From contig JBGSJG010000004.1 of the NCBI GenBank assembly GCA_041742135.1, positions 45,975-109,974 on the forward strand: a DNA stretch of 64,000 bases, in the 5' to 3' direction. Below the pieces are notes generated by a model. It was not told the origin of the DNA. It was given only the letters and a program-made list of their open reading frames with translations, and did no database searches. Below are positions 55,726 to 64,000 of the stretch, one piece after another. The DNA is from Patescibacteria group bacterium (GTDB lineage Bacteria; Patescibacteriota; Microgenomatia; UBA8517). Each line of letters begins with the position of its first letter. Within the stretch, counting starts at the first letter, position 1. A program made the position numbers and the translations under genes.

Positions 55726-58191
55726 GTGTTAGCATTGGGTATGGGCAACACTCTTAAAGGCTTAAGTCAAGTTGAGGCTGATGCTTTACTGGCAAAATTT
55801 GGCCCAAATGTCCTGCCAGAAACCCCTCCGCCTTCAGACATTCAAATTCTTCTGTCTCAGATTAAAAGCCCTTTGGTGTATATTCTTATTTTTGCCGGGG
55901 TTGTGACCTTTTTTCTTCGTGATTACAGTGACACGACAATAATTCTTTTAGCTGTGCTGATTAATACAATGTTGGGCTTTTTCCAAGAAAGACGAGCCGG
56001 GAGAGCTCTGGCGGCACTCAAAAACATGCTCCGGCCAGAAGCTTTGGTAATTCGAGAAGGCGAGCGACTTAAGATACCGGTCGAAAATCTTGTGCCCGGA
56101 GATATCGTAGTTTTGCCCCAAGGGGAAAAGGTTCCCGCTGATGGCGAAATCATAGAGGCTAGTCGTTTGTATGTTGAGGAGGCAATGCTCACAGGGGAGA
56201 GCGCGCCAGTCTCCAAAGAGCTGACGGACAAAATATATATGGGGACTATTGTTACTGCGGGATTTGGAATGATGAGAGTAGAGCTCACAGGCAACAAGAC
56301 CAAGCTTGGAGATATTGCTCTTAGCGTCCAAGGCGCAGGAGAGGATACTCCTCTTCGTAAACAGCTAAAGGCCTTAAGTAGACAATTGTCTTTGTTGATT
56401 GTGGCGATGATAGTCTTTGTCTTTGTTCTGGGGCTAGTTCGCGGTCGCGATTTTTATGAAATTTTTACTACTTCAGTGGCTCTTGCCGTTTCTGCCATCC
56501 CCGAGGGCTTACTGGTTGCATTGACGGTAATTTTGGCAGTTGGCATGCAAAGGATTCTTAAGGCAAAAGGGCTTGTTCGTAATCTCCTGTCGGCGGAGAC
56601 ACTAGGTGGAGTGACGACTATTTGTGTTGATAAGACCGGCACACTGACGGAAGGCCACATGAAGCTCGTGAGCTTGGCGGGCGAGCGACCATTGATGGCA
56701 AAGCAGGCAGTCTTGTCTAATGACCGAGACGATCCTTTGACAATAGCCGCTTGGGAGTGGGGAGTGCGTGAACTGCGCGATGTAGATGTTAAAGGAGAAA
56801 AAATCGACGATTACATAGATAAACATGCGAGGCTTGATACTATTCCGTTTTCATCTCACGATCGCTTTTCTGCAACACTCCATAAATGGAGAGATGGCAA
56901 AAATATGATGTTTGTAAATGGCGCACCAGATTTTGTGTTGGAGTGGTGCAAATTAAACCGAAGTGAAAAAGATGATTGGACCAATGTCATTAATAAAATG
57001 ACTTCAAAAGGCATGAGAGTTATGGGCATGGCTACAAGAATGTTGCCAGCCCGAAAAACCAAGATTTCAAAGGAGCTGGCTAATGAAGATCTGTCGTGGA
57101 TTGGTCTTATGGGGTTTTCAGATCCAGTTCGATCTGGGGTTTCCGATAGCTTGTCGCTTGCCCGCAAAGCGGGAATAAGGACTATTATCATAACTGGAGA
57201 TTATCCCCAAACTGCAAAAAACGTTGCGTCCCAGTTGGGAATCGAAATCCAAAACGATAAAATCGTACTTGGTGAAGAGTTGTCCAAGATGGGGGCGGAT
57301 GAGCTTTCAACAATTTTAGCGGACCGCTCGCCAATACTTTTTGCTCGGACAACTCCGGAGCAGAAGTTAAAGATTGTAGAAGCCCTGAAAAAGAACGGAG
57401 AAGTTGTTGCGATGACTGGGGACGGGGTAAATGATGCACCGGCGCTTTCACAAGCTGATATCGGTATTGCGGTAGCGGAGGCGACAGATGTTAGTAAAGA
57501 ATCCGCAGATCTCGTTTTACTCGACTCTAATTTTAAAACCATAATCGCATCAGTCGAGGAAGGCCGCGGCATATTTGATAATGTCAGGAAGGTGCTTCTG
57601 TACTTACTAAGTGGCGCATTTAGCGAAATTTCTGCAGTATGCTTGGCAATTTTGTTTGCCTTGCCTTTGCCCGTTACGGCTACGCAAATTCTTTGGATCA
57701 ATTTGGTGTCTGACAGTTTCCCGAGCCTTGCTTTGACTTTGGACCCCAAACGCCCAAGCGCCATGAGTGAGCCACCGCGTGATCCTCGGCAGCCGCTTGT
57801 AACCAGGTGGATGGTGCTCTTGATTGCTTTTGTCAGTGTATTTTCTGGAGCTTCAGCTTTGTTTCTTTTTAATATGGTGATTAGCTCAACTGGGGATCTT
57901 ACTTTGGCCCGCTCGGTGGCCTTTGCCGCACTTGGGGTTAACTCTTTGGTTTATGTGTTTTCGCTTCGTTCACTTAAGGCCTCGATCTTTAAGTCAAATC
58001 CTTTTAAGAATAGATGGCTTTTAGCCGGAGTATTCGGCGGGTTTGTGCTGCAAGTTGTACCATTTGTTTTTAGCCAGACCCAATCCTTTTTTGGAGTAAG
58101 TGCGATTCCGGCGATTTATTGGTTATATATTATGGTACTTACTTTACTCATGCTTGTATTGATAGAATTGTCTAAACTTTTAATCAAATGA
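55726..58191 (+). CDS. P-type cation-transporting ATPase, Ca2+ (type IIA)-like
   Basis: DKTGTLT, PEGL (SAIPEGLLVAL), GDGVNDAPAL. Confidence 0.8.
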   Translation: MLALGMGNTLKGLSQVEADALLAKFGPNVLPETPPPSDIQILLSQIKSPLVYILIFAGVVTFFLRDYSDTTIILLAVLINTMLGFFQERRAGRALAALKNMLRPEALVIREGERLKIPVENLVPGDIVVLPQGEKVPADGEIIEASRLYVEEAMLTGESAPVSKELTDKIYMGTIVTAGFGMMRVELTGNKTKLGDIALSVQGAGEDTPLRKQLKALSRQLSLLIVAMIVFVFVLGLVRGRDFYEIFTTSVALAVSAIPEGLLVALTVILAVGMQRILKAKGLVRNLLSAETLGGVTTICVDKTGTLTEGHMKLVSLAGERPLMAKQAVLSNDRDDPLTIAAWEWGVRELRDVDVKGEKIDDYIDKHARLDTIPFSSHDRFSATLHKWRDGKNMMFVNGAPDFVLEWCKLNRSEKDDWTNVINKMTSKGMRVMGMATRMLPARKTKISKELANEDLSWIGLMGFSDPVRSGVSDSLSLARKAGIRTIIITGDYPQTAKNVASQLGIEIQNDKIVLGEELSKMGADELSTILADRSPILFARTTPEQKLKIVEALKKNGEVVAMTGDGVNDAPALSQADIGIAVAEATDVSKESADLVLLDSNFKTIIASVEEGRGIFDNVRKVLLYLLSGAFSEISAVCLAILFALPLPVTATQILWINLVSDSFPSLALTLDPKRPSAMSEPPRDPRQPLVTRWMVLLIAFVSVFSGASALFLFNMVISSTGDLTLARSVAFAALGVNSLVYVFSLRSLKASIFKSNPFKNRWLLAGVFGGFVLQVVPFVFSQTQSFFGVSAIPAIYWLYIMVLTLLMLVLIELSKLLIK

Positions 58192-59177
58192 TAGTTGTTT
58201 ATCTTGTTTTGATTGCTATTTGTTCTTTAATCCTTATTAAGGCTGCCGATTTGACAGTAAGTGCAATTTCGCGCTTAAGCGAGGTGACGCGCGCCGGGTC
58301 CTTTTTCATTTCAGCGATTGTAATAGCAATTGGTACATCTTTCCCTGAATTGTTTGTTGGTCTAACTTCAGCAATCAACGGTTCTCCTAATTTGAGTTTT
58401 GGAAATGTACTTGGCGCAAATATCGCCAACATTGCTCTGATTGCCGGAATTGGAGCCGTCGTTTTTAATCGCGTCCAAGTGCAAGGAGAAATTGTCAGGC
58501 GGGACTTGGCGATTGCTCTAATTGCAGGCCTTACTCCTTTTATTCTTGTTTTCGATCTAGAGCTTGGTCGCGTAGACGGTTTGGTTCTGCTGTCAATTTA
58601 TGGTGTGTATGTTTCAAGCTTGTTCCGCGAGCGATATATGCAAATTGCCAAGACTCGAAGCGAGTCGGGCAGTCAAAATTTAGATAAGATTTTTCGGCAA
58701 ATATCTACGGTTGGTAAAAATCACTTTCAGGACTTTGGAAGAATGTTTTTAGGTGTTGCCTTACTCTTAGCTTCAGCAGAGGGGATAGTTCGAATTGCAA
58801 AACAGATATCGTTAATGCTATCTATTCCTGTTTTTATCGTAGGTTTGATCATTGTTTCTCTTGGCACAACTTTGCCCGAGTTGGCTTTTTCGATACGGTC
58901 TTTAAGAGACCGGCATCCAACAATGTTTTTTGGCAACTTGCTGGGTTCAATTATCGCTAACTCAACGCTAGTTATTGGACTGACTTCTGTAATTTCGCCG
59001 CTTCAAATAGAGGCGATTAACGAATATGCGGTGGCTCTTGCGACTTTTGTTTTGGTGTTTTTATTGTTCTCTCTTTTTGTACGCACCAAAGCTGCTCTTG
59101 TTAGGTGGGAAGCGGTGATTTTACTACTTTGTTATATTGTATTTGTGATAGTAGAATTCTTTGGAGTAGGGAGGTGA
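58188..59177 (+). CDS. Ca2+/cation antiporter (CaCA family, YrbG-like)
   Basis: Two alpha-repeats GTSFPELFVGL and GTTLPELAFSI. ATGA overlap with the ATPase gene. Confidence 0.75.
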   Translation: MIVVYLVLIAICSLILIKAADLTVSAISRLSEVTRAGSFFISAIVIAIGTSFPELFVGLTSAINGSPNLSFGNVLGANIANIALIAGIGAVVFNRVQVQGEIVRRDLAIALIAGLTPFILVFDLELGRVDGLVLLSIYGVYVSSLFRERYMQIAKTRSESGSQNLDKIFRQISTVGKNHFQDFGRMFLGVALLLASAEGIVRIAKQISLMLSIPVFIVGLIIVSLGTTLPELAFSIRSLRDRHPTMFFGNLLGSIIANSTLVIGLTSVISPLQIEAINEYAVALATFVLVFLLFSLFVRTKAALVRWEAVILLLCYIVFVIVEFFGVGR

Positions 59178-59181
59178 TTTT

Positions 59182-59499
59182 GTGAGCGAAACATCAACAG
59201 GGCTTAAAAAAGAAACGGCAGCAGCATTGTCCTATCTTTTAGGTCCAATTACTGGCGTTATTGTTTTGGTTTTGGAAAAAGACGAGTACATACGTTTCCA
59301 AGCGATGCAATCAATTGTCGTATTTATAAGCTTGTTTGTTCTGCACTGGGTGCTCGGAATTACCGTAATATTGGCATTTTTGTTACCCTTGGTATCATTA
59401 GTCTCTTTTGTTCTTTGGCTGGTTTTAATCTATAAAGCGCTACAGGGAGAAAAATTTCAAGTTCCCTTTTTGGGCAAGTACGTAACGAAATTGTTATAA
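59182..59499 (+). CDS. DUF4870-like small membrane protein
   Basis: YLLGPITGVIVLVLEKDEYIRFQAMQS pattern. Confidence 0.45.
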   Translation: MSETSTGLKKETAAALSYLLGPITGVIVLVLEKDEYIRFQAMQSIVVFISLFVLHWVLGITVILAFLLPLVSLVSFVLWLVLIYKALQGEKFQVPFLGKYVTKLL

Positions 59500-59503
59500 A
59501 AAA

Positions 59504-59989
59504 ATGAAGCTTATAGTAGGCTTGGGAAATGTTGGAGCAAAGTATGAAAATACTAGGCATAATGCTGGGTTTAAGTTTGTTGATGAGTTTGACAAATTTA
59601 AACCCAAAGGCGCGGCTCTTCATAAGCCAGACACCATGATGAATAATTCTGGTGCTTTTGTCGCGAAATTAATAAATAAAAACAACTTGGACATTAGCAA
59701 TCTTTACATTGTGCATGATGATTTGGATTTGCCTCTAGGGGGTTTTAAGATTCAATTTGGCAAAGGCCCTAAGGTTCACAATGGTATTAACTCTATTGAA
59801 GAGCACCTTGGATCAGGCGATTTCTGGCGTGTACGCATTGGGGTAGACAACCGCGACACAGATAACCGCACTCCTGGAGATAAATATGTGCTCGAGGAAT
59901 TTACGCCAGAGGAGCGGGAAAAGCTATTTCAAGTAATGAAAAATGCGACTACAGAATTAGTTTTGCACTTACAAAATGTCGACCGATAA
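59504..59989 (+). CDS. pth: peptidyl-tRNA hydrolase
   Basis: MKLIVGLGNVGAKYENTRHNAGF N-terminus. Confidence 0.85.
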   Translation: MKLIVGLGNVGAKYENTRHNAGFKFVDEFDKFKPKGAALHKPDTMMNNSGAFVAKLINKNNLDISNLYIVHDDLDLPLGGFKIQFGKGPKVHNGINSIEEHLGSGDFWRVRIGVDNRDTDNRTPGDKYVLEEFTPEEREKLFQVMKNATTELVLHLQNVDR

Positions 59990-60281
59990 AAAAGCTGGCT
60001 TTACAAGTATTGGAAAAGTACTTGGAGGAATTGAACGCACGAAAGATAAATACATTTCTCGAGAGTTTCAAAAATACGGCTACGATTTGGCAGTCGAGTT
60101 GGGAGACGAAAAGCACAAGGCACTTTACATCAAGCTGGCCAAGCAGCACTCCAGAGGTCATCTGGAGGCTGCGCGCAACTTCGTCAAAGACGCTTATCAG
60201 GTTAAATCTAAAGGCAGGCTCTTTATGTGGAAATTAAAAGAGCTGGCTCGCGCCCGTGAGAATAAAGACGGTGGCAAATAG
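59976..60281 (+). CDS. basic hypothetical protein
   Basis: 101-aa ORF overlapping the pth stop by 14 nt. Confidence 0.3.
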   Translation: MSTDKKAGFTSIGKVLGGIERTKDKYISREFQKYGYDLAVELGDEKHKALYIKLAKQHSRGHLEAARNFVKDAYQVKSKGRLFMWKLKELARARENKDGGK

Positions 60282-60328
60282 ATTTTGCATGCGCTAATAT
60301 GAGTTAGTATGCGAGTGTTTCTAGTGGT

Positions 60329-60862
60329 ATGAAAAAACAACTGGTAATTTATTATGCTTTATTTATTCTTTTATTTTTACTAATTTCACTGGCACGCGGA
60401 TGGCTCGCGGCACCATATATCGCTTTGTGGATCGGAGGCGCGATTGGCGCAATCTTGCCCGATGTGGACCACCTTATTTATATTTACTTACTAAAACCTC
60501 ACGAGCTTACAAGCCAGAGGGCGAGCAGGATGATTTCGCGCCGGGAAGTTTGGTCGGCTTTAAATTTACTTGCAACTACGCGATCTGAGAGGACAAACTT
60601 AATATTTCACACGGCGGTGTTTCAATTAGTTTTTGCTGCATTTACCTTTTTTGTTATCACTTCCTCATCCAATCTCTTTGGCAGGGGGATTGTTTTGGCT
60701 TTTTATTTGCATCTTTTGATAGATCAATACCTTGATTTTACTCAGCTTGGAAATATATCCCATTGGACAAAAGGCCTAAATATCAACTTGGATCGCGACA
60801 AGACTGTTTTTTACTGGGCAGCGATGGGGCTGTTGCTGGTTTTGTTTAGTTTTATTTTTTAG
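60329..60862 (+). CDS. membrane protein, possibly metal-dependent hydrolase (YdjM/DUF457-like)
   Basis: Four to five TM helices. LPDVDH and conserved His residues. Confidence 0.3.
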   Translation: MKKQLVIYYALFILLFLLISLARGWLAAPYIALWIGGAIGAILPDVDHLIYIYLLKPHELTSQRASRMISRREVWSALNLLATTRSERTNLIFHTAVFQLVFAAFTFFVITSSSNLFGRGIVLAFYLHLLIDQYLDFTQLGNISHWTKGLNINLDRDKTVFYWAAMGLLLVLFSFIF

Positions 60863-60879
60863 TCCATTGGTTATACAAC

Positions 60880-62079
60880 ATGAAAGTATTAATGTTCGGT
60901 TGGGAATTTCCGCCGTTTAATAGCGGCGGCTTAGGCGTGGCCTGCCAAGGGCTTGCGCATGCGTTGTGCTCACAAGGAGTTGATCTTACTTTCGTGCTTC
61001 CCAGAAGACTCGGAGTTTCTTCCAACCGTTTCCGTTTTCGCTTTGCAGATGGCAATGGTTTTGAGGAGCTTGAGGTTGATTCGCTTTTAGTGCCCTACGT
61101 GACTTCAAAAAAATACGGCAACCTACTTCGTGATGCACCTGTCGGGATGTACGGCTCAAACTTGTTTGCTGAAGTAAAAAGATACGCAGCTGCGGCTAAA
61201 CAAATTGCTCGAAGTGAGTCTTTTGATGTTATTCATGCACACGATTGGCTAAGTTTTGGTGCAGGAATTGCCGCAAAAGAAGTTAGTGGTAAGCCTTTGG
61301 TAACCCATGTTCATGCTACCGAAGTGGATCGCACGGCTGGGCATGTTAATGATTATATTTTTAACGAAGAAAAAAGAGGAATTACCGCTTCGGACAGAGT
61401 GATCACAGTAAGCGATTTTACTAAACGTGTACTCATTGATAAGTATGGGGTTGATGGCGGCAAAATTAGTGTGGTTCATAACGGCGTAGATCCTGGGAAC
61501 TTTACCACTAAAGCATCAGTTTCAAAGATTACCAAGCTTAAGTCGAAGGGTTACAAAATTGTTTTGTTTGTTGGCAGAATTACGATCATGAAAGGCGTGG
61601 ATTATTTTATTTCTGCGGCGCGCAAAGTACTTGTCTATGACCCGAAGGTGATGTTTTTGATTGTTGGTGCGGGGGACATGGAAGGCCAAGTGATGCAGCA
61701 AGCGGCTTCCTTGGGAATCTCGAATAAGGTTCTTTTCCCAGGTTTTTTGCGTGGAGAAGAGTTGTCGGAGGCTTACCGCTCTGCTGACTTGTTTGTTATG
61801 CCCTCGGTTGCTGAGCCTTTCGGCCTGACTTCGCTTGAGTCTCTCTTGCACGGAACACCGGTCCTTATTTCTAAGCAATCAGGGGCTTCGGAGGTTTTAA
61901 GAAATGCCCTAAAGACAGATTTTTGGGATGTGGATGACATGGCGGACAAAATTCTCTCAGCGGTTAATTACAAAAGTCTTCATGACGAATTGGCTATTAA
62001 TGGAAGAAGAGATGTTGAGGCTTGTAATTGGCCCAAGGCAGCCAACGAATGCATTCAAATTTATCAAAGCCTATTATGA
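60880..62079 (+). CDS. glycogen/starch-synthase-like glycosyltransferase (GT-B; GT4/GT5)
   Basis: FPPFNSGGLGV resembles the GlgA K-x-GGL region. C-terminal E..G.T..E GT-B motif. Confidence 0.6.
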   Translation: MKVLMFGWEFPPFNSGGLGVACQGLAHALCSQGVDLTFVLPRRLGVSSNRFRFRFADGNGFEELEVDSLLVPYVTSKKYGNLLRDAPVGMYGSNLFAEVKRYAAAAKQIARSESFDVIHAHDWLSFGAGIAAKEVSGKPLVTHVHATEVDRTAGHVNDYIFNEEKRGITASDRVITVSDFTKRVLIDKYGVDGGKISVVHNGVDPGNFTTKASVSKITKLKSKGYKIVLFVGRITIMKGVDYFISAARKVLVYDPKVMFLIVGAGDMEGQVMQQAASLGISNKVLFPGFLRGEELSEAYRSADLFVMPSVAEPFGLTSLESLLHGTPVLISKQSGASEVLRNALKTDFWDVDDMADKILSAVNYKSLHDELAINGRRDVEACNWPKAANECIQIYQSLL

Positions 62080-63311
62080 CAAGTATTTGCTTCTATTTTC
62101 AGGTTCATCAGCCAAGGCGAATTAAAAAATATCGTTATTTTGACATTGGCAATAACTCCTCATATTTCGACGACTCAAGTGAATCAAATTTAAACAATAA
62201 AAAAATTCTCCAAAAAGTTGCAGCTAAAAGCTACATTCCTACCAATCGTGTTCTTTTGGAACTTCTTCGCGCACATCCCGAATTTAAGGTGTCTTTTTCT
62301 CTTTCAGGCCTTGCAATTGAGCAGTTTGAAGAATTTTCCCCTGAAACTTTAGAGTCATTCCATGACCTTTTTTCCACAGGCCAGGTGGAGGTTTTAAGTG
62401 AAACTTATTATCATTCTTTGTCCTTTTTGTATTCAGGAGCAGAATTTAAAAGCCAAGTTGATCTTCACGCAAAAAAACTTAAAAAGGTGTTTGGCTTGTC
62501 CAAGCCTAAGGTTTTTAGAAATACAGAGTTAATTTACAACAACGATCTTGCTCGTGAAGTTGAAAAAATGGGTTATGTTGGAATCTTGGCCGAAGGGGCG
62601 GACCATGTGATGGGTTGGCGTAGCCCGAATTTTGTATACCTGCCTGCGCAGGCAGGTCGGCCAATTGAAAGAAAACAGATTAAGTTATTACTTAAAAACT
62701 ACAAACTGTCTGACGATATTGCTTTTCGATTTTCTGAAAAATCTTGGAAAGAGTATCCCCTGACCGCCGAGAAGTTCGCAAATTGGGTGAATGCCATAAA
62801 TGGAAATGGCCAGGTTGTTAATTTGTTTATGGATTATGAGACATTCGGGGAGCACCAGTGGGAAGACACTGGGATTTTTGATTTTTTGCGAGCTTTGCCC
62901 GGAGAACTCCTTAAACACCCAGACAATGATTTTGTGACTCCATCTGAAGCGGTTAAGCGTTACGCGCCGGTCGGTGAAATTGATATGCCAAATTTTGTTT
63001 CTTGGGCGGATGTTGAGCGAGATTTGTCTGCTTGGCTTTCTAATTCCATGCAATCAGACGCGATAGTGAAATTGTATGCCATGAAAGACAAAGTGTTGGC
63101 CACTAAAAACAAGAAACTTGCCGAGGATTGGAGGAGGCTGACTACTTCGGATCATTTTTATTACATGTGTGTTAAATGGTTCGCTGACGGCGATGTTCAT
63201 GCTTACTTCAACCCTTACGAGTCGCCTTACGATGCGTTTCGTTATTACATGAATGTATTGACAGATCTGCAAACGCGCATAAAACCCGCAAAAAAAGTGA
63301 GATCGCTATGA
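62076..63311 (+). CDS. glycoside hydrolase family 57
   Basis: CFYFQVHQP N-terminus (GH57 HQP motif). ATGA overlap with the upstream GT. Confidence 0.6.
   Translation: MTSICFYFQVHQPRRIKKYRYFDIGNNSSYFDDSSESNLNNKKILQKVAAKSYIPTNRVLLELLRAHPEFKVSFSLSGLAIEQFEEFSPETLESFHDLFSTGQVEVLSETYYHSLSFLYSGAEFKSQVDLHAKKLKKVFGLSKPKVFRNTELIYNNDLAREVEKMGYVGILAEGADHVMGWRSPNFVYLPAQAGRPIERKQIKLLLKNYKLSDDIAFRFSEKSWKEYPLTAEKFANWVNAINGNGQVVNLFMDYETFGEHQWEDTGIFDFLRALPGELLKHPDNDFVTPSEAVKRYAPVGEIDMPNFVSWADVERDLSAWLSNSMQSDAIVKLYAMKDKVLATKNKKLAEDWRRLTTSDHFYYMCVKWFADGDVHAYFNPYESPYDAFRYYMNVLTDLQTRIKPAKKVRSL
62638..62657. repeat. perfect 20-nt palindrome ACCTGCCTGCGCAGGCAGGT inside the GH57 gene, encoding (Y)LPAQAG(R)
   Basis: Self-complementary. 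The core 18 nt are identical to the recF copy. Confidence 0.85.
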
Positions 63312-64000
63312 ACCCTTGGTGGCACAATGCAGTAATTTACGAAGTTTATGTTGACAAGTTCGCGGGGAACTTTAAAAGCCTGAGCACAAAGCTGGATTAT
63401 TTTAATTACCTTGGAGTTAACACTTTGTGGCTTTTGCCTCACTACAGTTCACCTATGATTGATGGTGGGTATGATATTTCTGATTACACCTCTGTTAGAG
63501 CAGATTTAGGAGACACTCAAGACTTTGAGGAGTTTGTCTCTGAGGCGCACCGAAAAGGAATTAGAGTGATAGTGGATCTTGTTTTAAACCACACATCAGA
63601 TGTGCATCAGTGGTTTATAGATGCGCGCTCGTCCAAGTCGGACCCCAAACGTGATTGGTACTTGTGGTCCGATAACACCGATAGGTTTTCTGAGGCCTTT
63701 GTGCACTTTAGGAACATTAAGGCTAGCAATTGGATACAAAACGCCCAAACTAATGATTATTATTACGCCAGTTTTTATCCTCAGCAACCTGACTTGAATT
63801 GGGACAATCCAGAAGTTTACGAAGCAATGCTTGGTGTCATGAAGTTTTGGCTTGTGCGTGGGGTAGATGGATTTAGACTTGACGCTGTCTCGCGGCTAAT
63901 TAAGCGTGATAACACAAATTGTTTTGCACTTCCCGAAACACACCAGATAATTAAAAGACTTAGAGCAGACATTGGCCGTGAGTACCCCGATGCAATCCTT
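63308..64000 (+). CDS. GH13 alpha-amylase-family enzyme (trehalose-synthase/amylosucrase-like), 3'-truncated by window end
   Basis: DLVLNHTSDVHQWF (GH13 region II). Start overlaps the GH57 stop. Confidence 0.8.
   Translation, partial: MNPWWHNAVIYEVYVDKFAGNFKSLSTKLDYFNYLGVNTLWLLPHYSSPMIDGGYDISDYTSVRADLGDTQDFEEFVSEAHRKGIRVIVDLVLNHTSDVHQWFIDARSSKSDPKRDWYLWSDNTDRFSEAFVHFRNIKASNWIQNAQTNDYYYASFYPQQPDLNWDNPEVYEAMLGVMKFWLVRGVDGFRLDAVSRLIKRDNTNCFALPETHQIIKRLRADIGREYPDAIL

Noticed and set aside
1-64000. CRISPR arrays and rRNA genes
   Set aside because: No short regularly spaced direct repeats and no rRNA-like conserved segments were seen anywhere in the window.

Overview
The window looks like a low-GC (about 40-45%), gene-dense chromosomal segment of a small-genome bacterium, most plausibly a CPR/Patescibacteria (Microgenomates-like) organism. 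That placement is an inference from an archaeal-type triosephosphate isomerase, a eukaryotic-like class I aldolase, a transketolase split into two subunits, a standalone PolI-type 5'-3' exonuclease, an ATP-dependent DNA ligase, and many short membrane or secreted hypotheticals. Standard genetic code 11 is supported, since well-identified genes stop at TGA.

Core content:
- A compact sugar-phosphate operon (tpiA, rpiB, pgk, gap, rpe, split tkt) and a separate fba class I plus PfkB kinase pair.
- Cell-envelope genes: an LCP protein, two tandem class A PBPs, a class A beta-lactamase-like protein, an FtsB-like protein, FtsH and two glycosyltransferases.
- nrdR and nrdJ followed by a PduO-type corrinoid adenosyltransferase.
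- DNA repair genes (ung, fpg/nei, recF, ATP-dependent ligase, 5'-3' exonuclease).
- trpS, pth and hpf.
- A Ca-type P-type ATPase next to a CaCA exchanger.
- A glycogen-like GT, GH57 and GH13 cluster at the right edge.

The most unusual material is structural rather than enzymatic:
1. A tRNA locus at 36.85-37.12 kb where an intact tRNA (anticodon UAU) is nested, with 10-nt inverted repeats and a TTATA duplication, inside the anticodon loop of a second, split tRNA gene. It sits directly upstream of a tyrosine recombinase and downstream of a VirD4/TrwB-like coupling ATPase.
2. A 60-nt perfect direct repeat that duplicates the promoter and first 12 nt of a tRNA-Met gene, bracketing a Tat-lipoprotein gene.
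3. A triplicated, synonymously diverged copy of the last codons of nrdJ, flanking an orphan ORF.
4. A GC-rich palindromic repeat family with two perfect 18-20-nt palindromes inserted in-frame in recF and a GH57 gene, both encoding LPAQAG.
5. An AT-rich island (about 46.3-49.0 kb) holding a decayed serine-recombinase gene, a truncated pfkB gene, a TGS1-like methyltransferase, a NUDIX gene and MITE-like hairpins.

No rRNA, CRISPR array or obvious complete defence operon was recognised. All functional calls come from motif-level reading of the translations, with no database search.
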